NCBI GenBank assembly: GCA_040954595.2 | Contig: CM082594.2 | Span: 9,800,296 to 9,864,295 of the forward strand | Reading direction: 5' to 3' | DNA length: 64,000 nucleotides | From: Balanoglossus misakiensis | Taxonomy: Eukaryota; Animalia; Hemichordata | In this document: positions 30,180-43,597 of the stretch, piece by piece | Position numbering within the stretch: the stretch's first letter is position 1 | Layout: the number at the start of each line of letters is the position of its first letter | Translations under genes and position numbers: made by a program | Notes under the pieces: model-generated | Told to the model about the DNA's origin: nothing | Database searches by the model: none | Seen by the model: the letters and a program-made list of their open reading frames with translations, nothing else

Positions 30180-33009
30180 ATGTCATCCAAACGAATTGCA
30201 ATAATCGGCGCTGGAATCAGCGGTTTGGTTTCTATAAAAAGTTGTCTCGATGAGGGACTGACACCTGTATGCTTCGAGAAGTCAGATCGTGTCGGTAGGT
30301 GCTACCATGGAGGTTCATGGTGCTACTTATTTCTTAATACAATGTACCTGAACAAGCAGTACGGTAAAGCGGTTTCGAAGTTTATACATGTATCTAAAGA
30401 TGTTCTACAGTGCCCAATGCAGTTGCTTCGAGTTTGGTGTCGGCACTCGAAACTCATGTGATTCTCATTCTTTTAAACTAATGGTCAGAAGACAATGTCC
30501 TTGAAAAGTGTAGGAAACGCCTATGCTGCTATGAGTGACCCAAATGCTCCCAGTGGTCAAGACAGCCATTTCACTGTTAATGATTACGTAATACTGTTTT
30601 GCATGATTATTGTGATCACAGCCAAGAGAAAGTGTTTTACTGAACCCTGGACATGAAAAGATAAATGGGTGAATGGCCATGGTCGATAACTGTTTACTTT
30701 GTCTTGTACAAAAATCTTTCCCCTCTACCACGGGACGTACCACAGAATACTCTCGTATCCATTCGATCTAGTCACAGTACCTCCACACAGGACTGTGTCA
30801 TAATATGTCTCCCTTTCTCTACAGCGGGTCTGTGGAACTACAGCGACGCCCCTCGAAAAGATGGAGGTGGCGCTCTCTACGAGTGCCTGGTGACGAACTC
30901 TAGCAAAGAAATGATGTGTTTCAGTGACTTTCCATTCACCAAGGACTATCCGCCCTATTTAACCCCAAAGTTGACCCTCAAGTACTACCAAGATTATGCA
31001 GACCATTTTGGACTTCACAAGTACATCACACTCAACACCGAAATATCGAAAGTTGAGAAAACCGAGGATTTCAACGGGACGGGCAGATGGGTGCTCCACA
31101 TCCGGGAGAATGGACAACCAGAGAGAACAGAGACATTCGACGCAGTGATGGTTTGTACCGGGATGTACTCATCGCCGTTCTTACCAAAATGCGAGGGACT
31201 TGACGTATTCCAGGGAACAAAACTACACAGCAATGAATTCCGGAGAGGGCGCGACTACGAAGGGAAAACCGTTCTTGTCGTCGGTCAGTGAATCTTTCCT
31301 AACTTAATCGATGTCTCAGATTTTTTGTGCGAAGGCAATGAGCGCCCTCTCATACCTTGACATAATCAAACAAAGTTTAAAGCTTAAGAGATATTAAATT
31401 TAAATTAACGCTTTCCGCTCACCTATGTCCACAGAACACAAGTTCACATAACACTCTCCCTCGTCTACTCTGTTCTTAATATAGGAGACTCTCATTCAGC
31501 TGGAGACTGCGCCGTTGACAGTAGCCGCCATGCTAAACAGGTAAGACCCAACTTTGTGACGTAACGCACGCGCACATGCCGAGAGTCACTAGGGACGGAA
31601 ATTAAAATTCATGTATCTATGGATAAAAAGATAGATCATCTTTTCTTCCAATGGCCGAAAATTCCCCGATTTGCAACACAATTTTTCATAACTGCTATTG
31701 GCAACGATTTGCAATTCACACTTTAACTTGGCCGTTTATTTTATGCCGTAGGTTTATTTAAGCATGCGGAATGGAGCATGGGTTGTACTGCGAATGGGTC
31801 CCGGGGCCACACCGGTAGATCACCTGGTCAACAAACGATTCAACCACATGATTCCTGATGGTATCCGCCAGTTCTTTGTGGAGCGCATCATCCAGTCCAA
31901 GATAGATCACGCCAAACTAGGTCTGAAGTCAACTCGTCGCATGTTCAGCGGCTCCGTCATGGTTAACGACGACATCCACAACCGCATCTTCTGCGGCTCG
32001 CTCAAGTGCAAGCCAGAGATACAACGCTTCACTCCCGATGGTGTCAAGTTCGTAGACGGCTCAGAGATCAACGATCTCGATGTTGTCATATTTGCAACAG
32101 GGTACAACCTCGATTTCCCCTTCATCGACGCCTCCATTCTAGCGGGTTAGTTGACGGCAACGAACGGCAAATATACTGAGTATTTTAGAAGTAGACCAAA
32201 CATCTAAAACATGGTTTCCCCATTGGTTTGTTACAAACCTTGCGGGTCTACTGTAATGTGTTGGTTCTCTCAGGGTCTCGTGGAGATCAGAAAACGGCCT
32301 ATTCTAAATATTACGTTTTACTTCAGACAACTTTGCAGATCTGGAGTTGTACTATCACGTGTTCCCGCCTCGACTCCAGAAGAGAACCATGGCTGTTATT
32401 GGGGCGATGGCCACAGTAGGTGCCCACGGCCCAGTCTTTGAACTCCAAGCCAGGTGGGCGACCAGAGTGTTCAAAGGCGTGGCAGAGTTACCAGACCAGG
32501 AGACCATGTTGGCAGATATTGGAAGAAGAAAGGATAAGCTCTATAAAACATTTGGAAAACACAGAATTTTGGTAAGGATATGTTCAACTGGCCATCTTCT
32601 GCCTAAAATGATGCGACAATTTAGTTGGACAGATAGGTAGATAAAGACCTTGCGATATTTTTTCTTGCAGTTTCCGCCAGTGCCCTATCTAGAGGAGCTA
32701 GCAGATCAGATCGGCGCCAGACCTAAATTTTGGAACATTCTCCCTTCTGACCCCAAACTGGCCTTCCGATTGGTGTTCGGCCCGTGCTATCCAGCTTCCT
32801 ATCGTCTTGTCGGACCAGGTGCATCATGGGATAAAGCCAGAGAGACCATCATGAAAGCGCCGGAGAACATGCTGTATCCAACCCAGACGGTGATGCCGAA
32901 GACAGCGGTCAAATCCAACAAGGGAATCTCATTCTCCTTTTTGCTGAAACTGTTGATTGTAATTATTCTTCCTCTGCTGCTCGGTCTTCGACACTCTCAG
33001 TCACCCTAA
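30180..33009 (+). CDS. Flavin-containing monooxygenase (FMO2/FMO5-like, 6 exons)
   Basis: FAD motif [11 protein letters not shown]; GLWNY; [14 protein letters not shown]; FMO signature [11 protein letters not shown]; FATGY; ELQARW; C-terminal TM anchor. Exons about 30180-30295, 30824-31284, 31484-31540, 31752-32145, 32327-32571, 32671-33009. Alternative ATG at 30165. Confidence 0.95.
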
Positions 33010-33328
33010 AGACGATTTGGGTGAACAAGTGTCTAAACAACCATAAATCCTGAAGCAGTAAATGTTTCTCTACGCCGTACTATTAAAATTGTAAATATTG
33101 TCATTTCATTTAATTGATTTTTGGTTTCTTCGTTCTTAGCATGATAAAAATTCGCAATAAAAATATAGGGGTCTCCACGCTTCCTTTAAAACACAAGGAC
33201 GTGAATTCTGGGATAATGACGCCATCATGGTACATGTACATTCTTGAATCTGCTTATGTTCATATCACCTTCTGTTTAATACAAGGATGGAGCACATCAG
33301 TTGGCGAAGCCATGCACTAAACTACCAT

Positions 33329-36300
33329 TCACTTTTCTTTCTTTGTCTTCCCTATCCTTCCTCGCACTAACTTTTCAAGGTTTGTCATTGGTACTTCAAC
33401 AGCAAGATATATCAAGGCACCAAGAGCGTACGACATGAACGTCACTCCAACAAACAAATATGCCTGAGGGGAGAAAAGAAAAACCATGAAGATTTCAAAA
33501 GTTTTACATTCACAATAAAATGTATGCATATCTGAACAACTATATGCAATTTCAGTGATATAAATAAAATTGTAATAAAACTGAAAAATCACACCACTTT
33601 CTGAATGTTAGATTGCACATGCCGACATACTTAATCATTTTTCGTTCATGAAACGCACAACACTGTACTTACGATAATATTGAAAGTGTAATGAAATGGT
33701 GTAGCGAAGTTGAATACTAAGACATCTAAAACCATTGGATGAAACATATATGCGACGTAGGTAAGGCGACTCAAGGGTATCCAGAAACTCCATGATAATA
33801 TTGTGTTGACGGGCCCTGCAAAACAGCAACAGAATGCGCGGTCATGCATGTAGAATGCGTTCACCTAAGCATTGAAAAATCTACGTCACAAATAATAAAA
33901 TTACATACCTGCCATCTTGTTAACACAAGCAAACACAACCCATGCCAGAGAAAGAGACCACGCGAAACGGCAAAGTGTACCATATATGATATTTTCTGCA
34001 GTGCTCATCTTGTTTGCACCATCTGGTTTATACAGACCATAGACAACAGCAATGGCTGTCCCAACAGCTACTATCCACCCAACGACACAAAGCACCTGCA
34101 ATGTAGAAAAGACTCTTAAATTGGAGCAATGTTGATAAATCTATAGCACCACTTACACAGGAGAAACGTAAGTTCCCGTGTTTGGATGCTATAAGGATCG
34201 AGGCGAACAATGAAATGAAAATGTAGATGGTGCAAGAAAAAATACAGGAAAACAGCCAGAAGTTACAGATAAAGGCCCTTTCACTTACATATTTGTGTCG
34301 TATTTCGAACCTTCTCTTTCTCTGCAACAGGAAACCAAGGGCTATCCCTGTCAGGAATGGAGTTATTCTGCAGTATGGCTTTATATATACTACATCCATG
34401 TAGTTGCCCTGAGTTACATCTATGCTATAAGAGAGCAAAGAAACAGGGAAGTGACATGATGTGTAGCGATGACTGCATAGTGCGTCATTATTTGAATTGT
34501 CACTCAGTGCTTGAAAGTTGGGATGTCAGATAGCGAAACTTGTATTTAATGTTATATTCAGAAGTCTCTACCAGTAATGTTGCCAACTTACGCGGCAGCA
34601 TTGAATTGAGCATCTGTAGGCGATGCCGGGAATCCAAAGTAGCCAAACAAGGCTGCTGTCGTTGCGAGGCATGCTGTAAGTAGAATGCTCAGGACTACCA
34701 ATCCAGCTTTGGCTGACCTGTTTGAAAATAACCAAAGTCACTTCAGTTAAGCAAACCTGAGACATCTAAGACGAATAAATGTATTTGTACATGAATATCA
34801 TATATTGGATCAAGCAATTCTGGAAATCCTCAAATTTGAACACGTCTGCAACCATTTCTTGTCTAAAATGAGATAAAACTTAGTTTATACCCTTTGAAAC
34901 TATAGTGTTGTTGGTAACCATAATATAATATAAACTAGGTTTAGTACCATTGTTATCATATTGCTATATGCAATTGTCTCAAGTTGCGTCAGTTGGATAT
35001 CAGGTATACTTGGCTTTAAGTTACATTTACAAAGACTCACACTTACATATATGCGGCCAGAATGATAACAGGGCTTATCCAATGAAATTGCATGTCATTA
35101 GCAAGGTACCAAGTCCATGGAATACACTGCAAAAATGAGAGAAAAAGTGCTAAGCATATCTGTGTGCATTTCTTATCTAACCCCATGTCAAATCACACAT
35201 CAAATTGCAATACAGTTATTGCCTTAGAGTAACTTACCCCAGAAAGAGAGTCAGTGGGATAGAAGTTGTTAATGTAAAGCAAATTTGTCCACCAGTATTT
35301 TTCACAGACAGATTGATCAGTCATCATATACCACACTGGTCCTTGACCCAACCAGGGCTTGACGTACATCCAAAATAATATGGTAAATAGTAGAAGAGGT
35401 GTTAACCTGTTTTATACAAATAGTACAAACAATATTAACACTATTTAATTACAAAAACTTTCATCTCCAATAACCCACTACCAATAAACACAATATGTAC
35501 ACATTAATTATGATACTGTGGTGTATATTAACTTACCTCCAGTATCTATGAAAGTAGAATTGAAACCAGGGAAATTTTCCATCCCGTTTATCCATTTCAA
35601 AGAATATTAGGTAACCCACGAGTAAACCACTGCAAGTCAACAAATGTACAAAATGTTATTTATTTCAGATTTAAACTTTATCCTGAATCAGATGTATTAA
35701 TTTTTGGTGTATTGAACAAATGCTATTCAAGAGTTCACATACTTCAAACAGCCTTGACTCTTACCTTAGGAAGAAAAACGTGTCTACTGAGAATGTACCA
35801 TTTATGATAGCTTGAAATGAGAATAGTTTCAGCCAATCCAACAGAGTAGTGATATTGTCTAAGAGTGACAGGTATGAAAATGGTGATTAGAACCCTTGGT
35901 ATATGCTGAACTGTCAGATATACCAAGTAATATATACACACACAAACAGATTACAGTGGTCACCAAAGAGCCATGTTGGTTTCTATGTGCCAGGAGCAGG
36001 ATATCCTTGTAGGACTATTCTCGTTCTTGTTCACATGGTGCATACAAAAGCATACTCACCAACAACCATGGTTGTAACTGGCCACAGAAAGGTATGTCCC
36101 AGGATGATCCAGGACATGCTAATCACTCTCAAACCATGGAGACATGTAATGGCCTTTTCACTCTGATGTGTACTTAACAAACCATTCAGGTTCTTGTTCA
36201 GTGCAAAGCAAAGTAGAAAATCCACAAACAAACCTTCAAAAGGAAAATATAAACCAAAAAGAGAGCCTTTGGAATTATGAATCCTTTGAGAAATACAAAC

Positions 36301-37815
36301 TATTCATCCTTGGCTATAGCTTCATCTAAAACAGCAGGGGTGATTGAAGCAGATCATTGGAAGCTTTATCGAATACCCATAAATATTCAATGTAAACGTC
36401 TGACTTTGTAAAGAACTTGTCCATCATGAATCATACCGTTATCCTGTACATGGCTTGTCTTGGTCTTTGAGACAGCCGCTACATCTGGTGTGCCTTTTAA
36501 TAATGGAGTGTCTTCCTTGCTTTCATCATATGAGTATCCGGCAAACTTGTAGCTTGGTTTATCAGCGTGAGATTTACTGGAAACATTATACCTGATTGCC
36601 ACATCTAAACACCATCCGACTATCATTAATGCTCCCAGAATACTGCATATGGAGCTGTGAAAACAAGGAAAGATCAGCTTGTTCACCATCTAATACGTAC
36701 GATGATATGCCTGGTTAGGACACGGGTGTGCTATATAAAAAATAATTCTATCCCTTAAGTATCATTTCTGGCACCATATTTAATTGCTATAAAGAGAGAA
36801 TTTCGGACTTAGGATGTCCAGCAACAATTACTATTGGCATCTCATGATGAGAATAATCAACAAAATGTTTAAGGTGTCTCAATAAACAAAGTACTCACAT
36901 CAGTATGTAGAACCCTGCATTATATGGCTTTGGTGGATCACGTGCACAATGTACTGTTGATTCATGCACATTTATCCAGTCAATACCAAGGACATCTATC
37001 GACCAGAACATTAAACTTGTGATTATAATCAAGGATTATATAATATATGGTGTAATTTTATGATAAAAGATGCAGGTAGTATTTGTATATACTGAATTTG
37101 GCAAACAGCCATTTCCTATTGTGACAATACAACAACAGATAAAGATTGAATGTGCTCTTTACCTTGAAGTATCAATTCTGATGCAAATGCAAGATCAGCC
37201 TCATCACACCCATTAACTGTACAGAGTCCCCAGCGAATTGGTAACGCCATGGAAACCTAGAATGTTATGCGAACAGAATAACGTCGGTATTGCAATTCCA
37301 AATCAGTTGCTGCATTGAAACATGAATGCTCTGGTGGGATTTATATACTCACATTACTGCTGCCAGGTATCTGAGCATCTACAATCATGTCAATCAGGCA
37401 GTATTGCATGTCTGTGATATTACGACACAACTCGAATGAGCCCAGCCAGGCCAGGTTGCCACCCAGTATGCCACTGCCAGGTTTTCCAGTAGCATCGATA
37501 GCTATGTGTGAGGGTCAGACAAAGGCAGTGAAACATAAAAGATAGACAGACTTAGTAAATTATTTTGACATTATTCATCGCGTAATTAAGACATCCTAAA
37601 ACTTGACAATAGGCCACAAACTTTAAGTTAAGCCTAAGACACGTTGGCACGTCAGTCTAAATTATGGTTAAAAATAAAAAAAGCTAATAGCCATGACTGT
37701 CCAATCTCTCGTCTGTTAATATTATACAGACTAACAGTCGTGTCCCAATTATTGAAAATTGTGTCACGGTACTATAGGCTGAGGTGTTTGCATAGTCTAG
37801 TTAAGTAAACAGTAC

Positions 37816-37848
<33 letters not shown>

Positions 37849-38112
37849 TGTATGTATGTATGTATTGTACATGCATACATACATGCCTTACATACCTGGG
37901 AATATTTTGGCAGCTTCGTCGAGGAGGAACCTCTGTAAATGGTCCCGACATTGTTGCGATGAATTTGCTGAGTCCGCTGCATAGTATGGTCCCCGCATTA
38001 GATGTGATTTCATTTCTTCCACCGCCTGTGGTGGTAAGCTTCCAACACTCACCAACAACAACATTAGACATCCCAATGGCAGTAGTGCTGTAGTCACTAA
38101 GTTGGACGCCAT
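33329..38112 (-). CDS. NRF-6 / O-acyltransferase-like (OACYL) protein, NRF domain plus acyltransferase-3 domain (about 15 exons)
   Basis: Signal peptide; NRF-domain DATGKPGSGILGGNLAWLGSFELC; CLHGLRVISMSWIILGHT; SVDTFFFLS; FYFHRYWRLTP; WYLANDMQF; YIKPYCR; WIPLSRLTY; VEVP near the C-terminus. Confidence 0.93.
37818..37866. repeat. (TATG)n tetranucleotide microsatellite
   Basis: About 12 tandem TATG units in the first intron of the NRF-6-like gene. Confidence 0.95.
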
Positions 38113-39154
38113 CTTAATTTCGCTATGGTTGAGTGCAGAAGCTTACCCGCCGACAACCCCTTCCTTGCTCTCTTAATTGTCAGAGGACGAAGATATCTGC
38201 ACCACTGTATTGTGTTAGGCCAATGCTAGCATTATTTGCAAAAGAGACATACACTCCCACAGACAGACTGACCTTTTATAGACCTCAAGCTTTGCCCTTC
38301 CAATGCAAATATGACCGCAAATGAACTCGCCAAGTAAATCAGAAGGTCATCCATGTCGCGCGAGTCTATGCAGGGTTGGTCGGGGGATGCGATACTTGAC
38401 TCACAGTGCTGTTGGTTGCAATTCTGGAGTGTTTACTGTCCATTTTCAGTAAAATATCAAACTAAAAGGTTGTCTCTTCAAGATACGGGAGCTGACTGAC
38501 TTTATTTTTAATCTTAGAATAGTCTGTTTAGATAAGCTAATTGAGGAGTATAACTAAACATACAGAATCATCCACATTGGCTGTATATTTAAACATAACA
38601 AAATTTAATTTGAGATTAAAAGTGCAAGCCTTGAGAAACATTCATTAATTTAATACTATAATAACCCACCCTATGTAATTACTGAAGGTGCCCTTTAAGT
38701 AGTTGTCACTGGGACAGAATGCGCATGATCACGCTAGGTCATCTTATTGTTTGTTATTCTGGTCGACTTAGTGCAGTGAGCTAGTCTCTTGGATGTTACT
38801 TGACAGTAAGTTTTAGTATTATCTAGTATGTGTAAGCTGTGCATTTGCCTTCAATATTGTGTGGGGTAGTGTCGATTTGATGCATCCTATTTTGCCCACT
38901 GTTTATCGCTCTACAGCTAGAAGATCTAGGCACCACATGATTTCCTACATGCCGATGTACACTCCACTTGGTCAATTTGTTTTCGTTGACCTTTGATCTA
39001 CTTCCAATACGCCACTTAAAGAAATGAGGTCAAAAGGGGTGTATCATTTGAAATCCAGGAGGGGTCTGGAGGATTGCTGAATGCATGAAAACAAATTGTC
39101 CCTACACTAAATCCAGTCTTGAAATGTCTGTTGTGTTTTCTGTTGTACAGGAAG

Positions 39155-42100
39155 ATGAGTAATGATGATGAGAAAAAAGCTTTCAATGCAATGACTGACA
39201 GAAGCAAGAGCCAAACACATAGCAGATTGTGTTGTGGTTATACCCTACAATCTATTAAATCAGAAGTATGGATACAAAACAAACTAGCATGGCCAACAGT
39301 AAGTTTATAAACGACTAGGCCACCAATCTTCTAATGATGGTCATTGAGAGATAAAATGTTATGTTCTGAAATGTTTAAGAATTGAGCATGTCTTATTTTT
39401 GAGACAACTTTCCATCAACTTATCAGTACTAGAATTGTTTTTTTTATTTCTGTTTGGTAGATTATATTTTCTTTATCAATATCTGCATTCCTGGTGATCA
39501 GTATAATATTCTGCGGAATATTAGGAACAAAGGAACTAGCAGCTGGAACATTGGCACTCTCTGTAAGTTATACAAATGTAAATGTACTTTTCTTGGAATC
39601 ACACTTACACTTACTTGTCTTGTCAATACACACAAGTTCATTTGTTATCCTTCGTAATCTATAACTTTATTGTTCTTCTTTCTACAAATAGTTCTGTAAT
39701 GTAACTGGATTGGCTATTACCTATGGCGTAGGCTCGGCGTGTGATACTCTCTTTTCTCAGGTAAGGTCACTTTCATGACCCATGTATGACTTTACATCCT
39801 TGCACTTCAAGTGATATGAAGTTGTAAAAGTTCAACATTTTGCGACAAGAATCGTGTAAAATATTGCTTGAAAAAGAGTCACATTTGTAATTCACTACAC
39901 AATATATTGCATATTTTAGGCATATGGGACACCACAGAAGAAGAAAGTTGGAGTTGTACTGCAACGAAGTCTAACAATCATGGTTCTGACATGTATTCTT
40001 ATTTGGGCCATCTACCTCAATGCAGAAGCCATACTCATCGCTTTACAGATGGAGAGGAGTATAGCAAGGTATTGATTGTCTAGTAAGGCTTATACATCCA
40101 ATAACATCCACCAAGCCAGGAGAGCTGATTGCTTTGGTTTAAGTAGAAACCTTTACAAAAATGCTCAGCAGACGGCTGTGACGCTTATCTACACCCATAA
40201 TTCTTAAATACACACAATCAAGGGTATACTTGCATATGACTCCAACACAAGTGCACACTGCTGGAAATGTATAAACACTGGGTTGTTTTAATTGTTGCAG
40301 ATATTCAGCTACGTTCGTACATGTTACTATGGTAGGAGTACCGGTGAGTACTGTACACAAAACTCAGAGAACTTACAACATTTCTTAATACTTACATACG
40401 TTACAATTTGAATATTTAATTAACTATTGCAGTTGCCATATTTATGCATACTATTGCACCAGTTTGGAAAAATTAATTAAGTTAAAAATATATTATAGCA
40501 CTTGATGAAATTTCATGGGTTTGGCCAACAAAATGCTAAGTTAATGATATAATTTATTTATTTTTGACAGGGACAAGTCTTATTCATGATATTTTCTAAA
40601 TATCTTCAAAATCAAAGCATCATGATATCTGTAATGATAGTCGCAGTTACTGCAAATATACTCAGTATTCCAATTTATTATGTATTACTCTTCAAACTGG
40701 ACTTTGGTATACGGTATGTATCCTGTGAATACATCTTATGTCGTTTTACTTTGTTAAACATTTTTCATGAAATGTGACGAGTGTCAAAATGGTGGAGGTA
40801 CTCGCATACTTTTGTTTAACAGACACATCTGATTTTGATATATTTTTTACAGGGGTGCTGCCTTGGCATATTCCTTGGATTGGTGGATTTTTGTCATTTT
40901 AATATTAATATACATTAGAATGAGGAACATACACAAGAAAACTTGGGCAGGTAAAGATGTTTTTATTTTTATATTTAAGATACTGCTTTCGTGCTTGCTT
41001 CCTTCGACATTAGCATATTAACCAATGGAAACCTCTTAATGTTTTATATCATGTCTTGGCAGGCTGGTCCTGGGAGTGTTTGCAGCATTGGGATATATTC
41101 ATCAAATTAGCCCTTGCTGGCCTGTGCATCGTTGCACTGGAAATGTGGGCGTGGGAGATTGGCACAATTCTGATGGGTGAGTTTCAAACTGACATTCTCT
41201 CATATTATTACACTCACTCAGCCATGTGTGTCTCCCGCACTGGCCGGGAGTAGATATAATAACTTGGAGTGCACTTAAATATGGCAGCTAATGTAAAGTC
41301 TCAGATAAATATCTATTAATGGTATTCATATAAATTATACAAATCATGTTGGTTGTTCAGATATCAAAATATCTCCCTCATCTTTACAGGCACTGTAGGG
41401 GAAGCAGAGTTAGCTGCCCAGGGAAGTGTGTACTATATTTCTTTTACTGTGTACATGGTAATTATGTTCAAGTAATTGTGTTTGAATAGAGTTTAACTAC
41501 TGTATATGCACGGTCTTCTATATAAGGACGGATGGGTTGTAGGAATTTTATACAACATAATTAAGTATAGCACAGTGAAATGTAAAGTATTTTCACGCTA
41601 TTTTCTCAAGCAGGATCAATGTCATTTACAGCTGACCAAGTCTTGGTTTGTTTTTCCTATTCTAGATTCCGTATGGGTATTTTACTGTAACCAGCATCCG
41701 CATTGGTAATAGTCTCGGTGCAAACCAGCCAAATCAATCAAAGCTCGCAGCTTATGTGGCTTTTGGAAACATGAGTAAGTGCATTACTGTGTGCACTGTC
41801 TTTGTTCAATGATATGTGTCAAATTGTGGGAGCTGACAGAGCTTTATATCGATCGTGAAAAGTAAACACAATACTGAACCCTCATATTAGTAAAGATCAA
41901 TCGCTATAATAACCGCTGTTAATTCACTATATTGAGTTTATTTTCAGTTTTCTTTTCTGTAATAATTGCTATCATCCTGCTGGCCAGCAAAAATGTAATA
42001 GGAAGAATCTTCACCAGTGAAAGGTAACCAATACATTATAACCCACAATAACAATGTGCCAGAAAGTAACGTGTAAATTGTACAGAACAATTACATTCTA

Positions 42101-43597
42101 TCTTCTGTAAGCATATGTAATTTGATTCATATGTTGTTACTCTTGTAAGATTGAAGAAAACATATTAGGCCTAAAGCCAAAAACCAGTCTTTGCAGCATT
42201 CATATAAAGTACACCCCATACTTTGTTTAACCATGTTCATATTTTTTCTTTGACAGTGAAATATTGGTTTTGATCAGCAGTATAATTCCAATTGTAGCGA
42301 TTTATCAGTTGGCTGATGCCATAGGGGTGAGTTGACATTTTGGCTGGCGACATCTGTTTCACTACAGCTAGTTTAGCAAATTATCTGTCATCGCCATTGT
42401 TAGTGTTACATATTCAGCTATGTTTTGAACCCCATGCGAGGGAAATGTGCCAGAGAACTAATGGTGGATACATTGTTTCTCTCAAAAGATGGCATGCATA
42501 GGTGTCCTCCAAGGTTGTGGTCTTCAAAAGATTGGAGCTGTGGTCACTTTTATCTCATTTTATGTGATAGCCATACCTGCTATATTTCCACTGGTATTGA
42601 AATATGACATGAGTATACAAGGTACAGTATCTTATGATTAGTTGGTTGCTTTTCTGGCTAGCTGGTATGATGACTTACTGATTTGGAATGTCAAATATAT
42701 TTGATTCATTTGTCAATGTTATTAATATGTGGCATTGAATCTTGTCATTTTACCAGGTGTTTGGATTCCCTTGACTGTTGGATTAGTTTTCAAGGCAGTT
42801 GCTTTGGTTATTTGTGTATCGAGGCTGAATTGGCAAAGACAGGCTGAAAATGTAAGACACTATATCCCTAGTTCTTAAAACCAAACCACACTGAGGGTTA
42901 TGGATAAAAAAGCACACATTCGACAAGCGGAACAAACTGCGGTTGACCTCAAACCCTCTCCCAAAATCAACAGTACAGTTTCAAAGTGTGAAAATGCTGT
43001 GAAGAATATCTACAATCACCCCACAAGATTACATTATGTTGGCATTGACAATATTCTCTACTGTTGATTTTTTACTATTTTAAACAGGCTCAGAAGCGAA
43101 CGGCAGTGGACATTGTTCCAAACGACAGTGAAGAGGCAACCTCCATGGCACTGCTAAACAGTGCAAAGGCTTCTATAAATGACACGCCAAGCCAGCCCCA
43201 TACAGAGAGAAAAACCAGTAGCATATCAGACGATGCAGTGACAGCTCCTATTGCCCATCTAGCACATGATGGAGACATATCTGTCCTCAGCGACAAGGGG
43301 AAAGGTTATTCTGACGTCACTAATCAATATGGCTACAAGGAACTGCACAAATCAACTACAAATTCTGAGCAACTTTCTCAGGAAAGCACTAGACACCAAT
43401 TGCCTCTCAATGTTGTTTTGAGGCGAAGACTGTTCATGCTGCTCGTTATGTTAATGATACTCCTTGCCAGTGTGTTGCTTTATTTGTTTCTGGAAATTCC
43501 TCCCCCGCTACCTGATTCAGAGCACTGTCTGAATACCAACTGGACATTGGTTGATGATGGTAACACAACATTATGCAATACTACACTGTATATGTGA
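39155..43597 (+). CDS. SLC47A1: Multidrug and toxin extrusion (MATE/SLC47A) transporter (about 15 exons)
   Basis: LAWPT; FCGILGTKELAAGTLA; SACDTLFSQ; KYLQNQ; TWAGWSWECLQHW; ALEMWAWEIG; RIGNSLGA; GVLQGCGLQKIGA; LNWQRQAENAQKR; C-terminal extra TM after RRR. Divergent from the NRF-6-like gene. Confidence 0.93.

Noticed and set aside
37772-38093. ORFs with YIHT or MYVC repeats
   Set aside because: Translations of the (TATG)n microsatellite.
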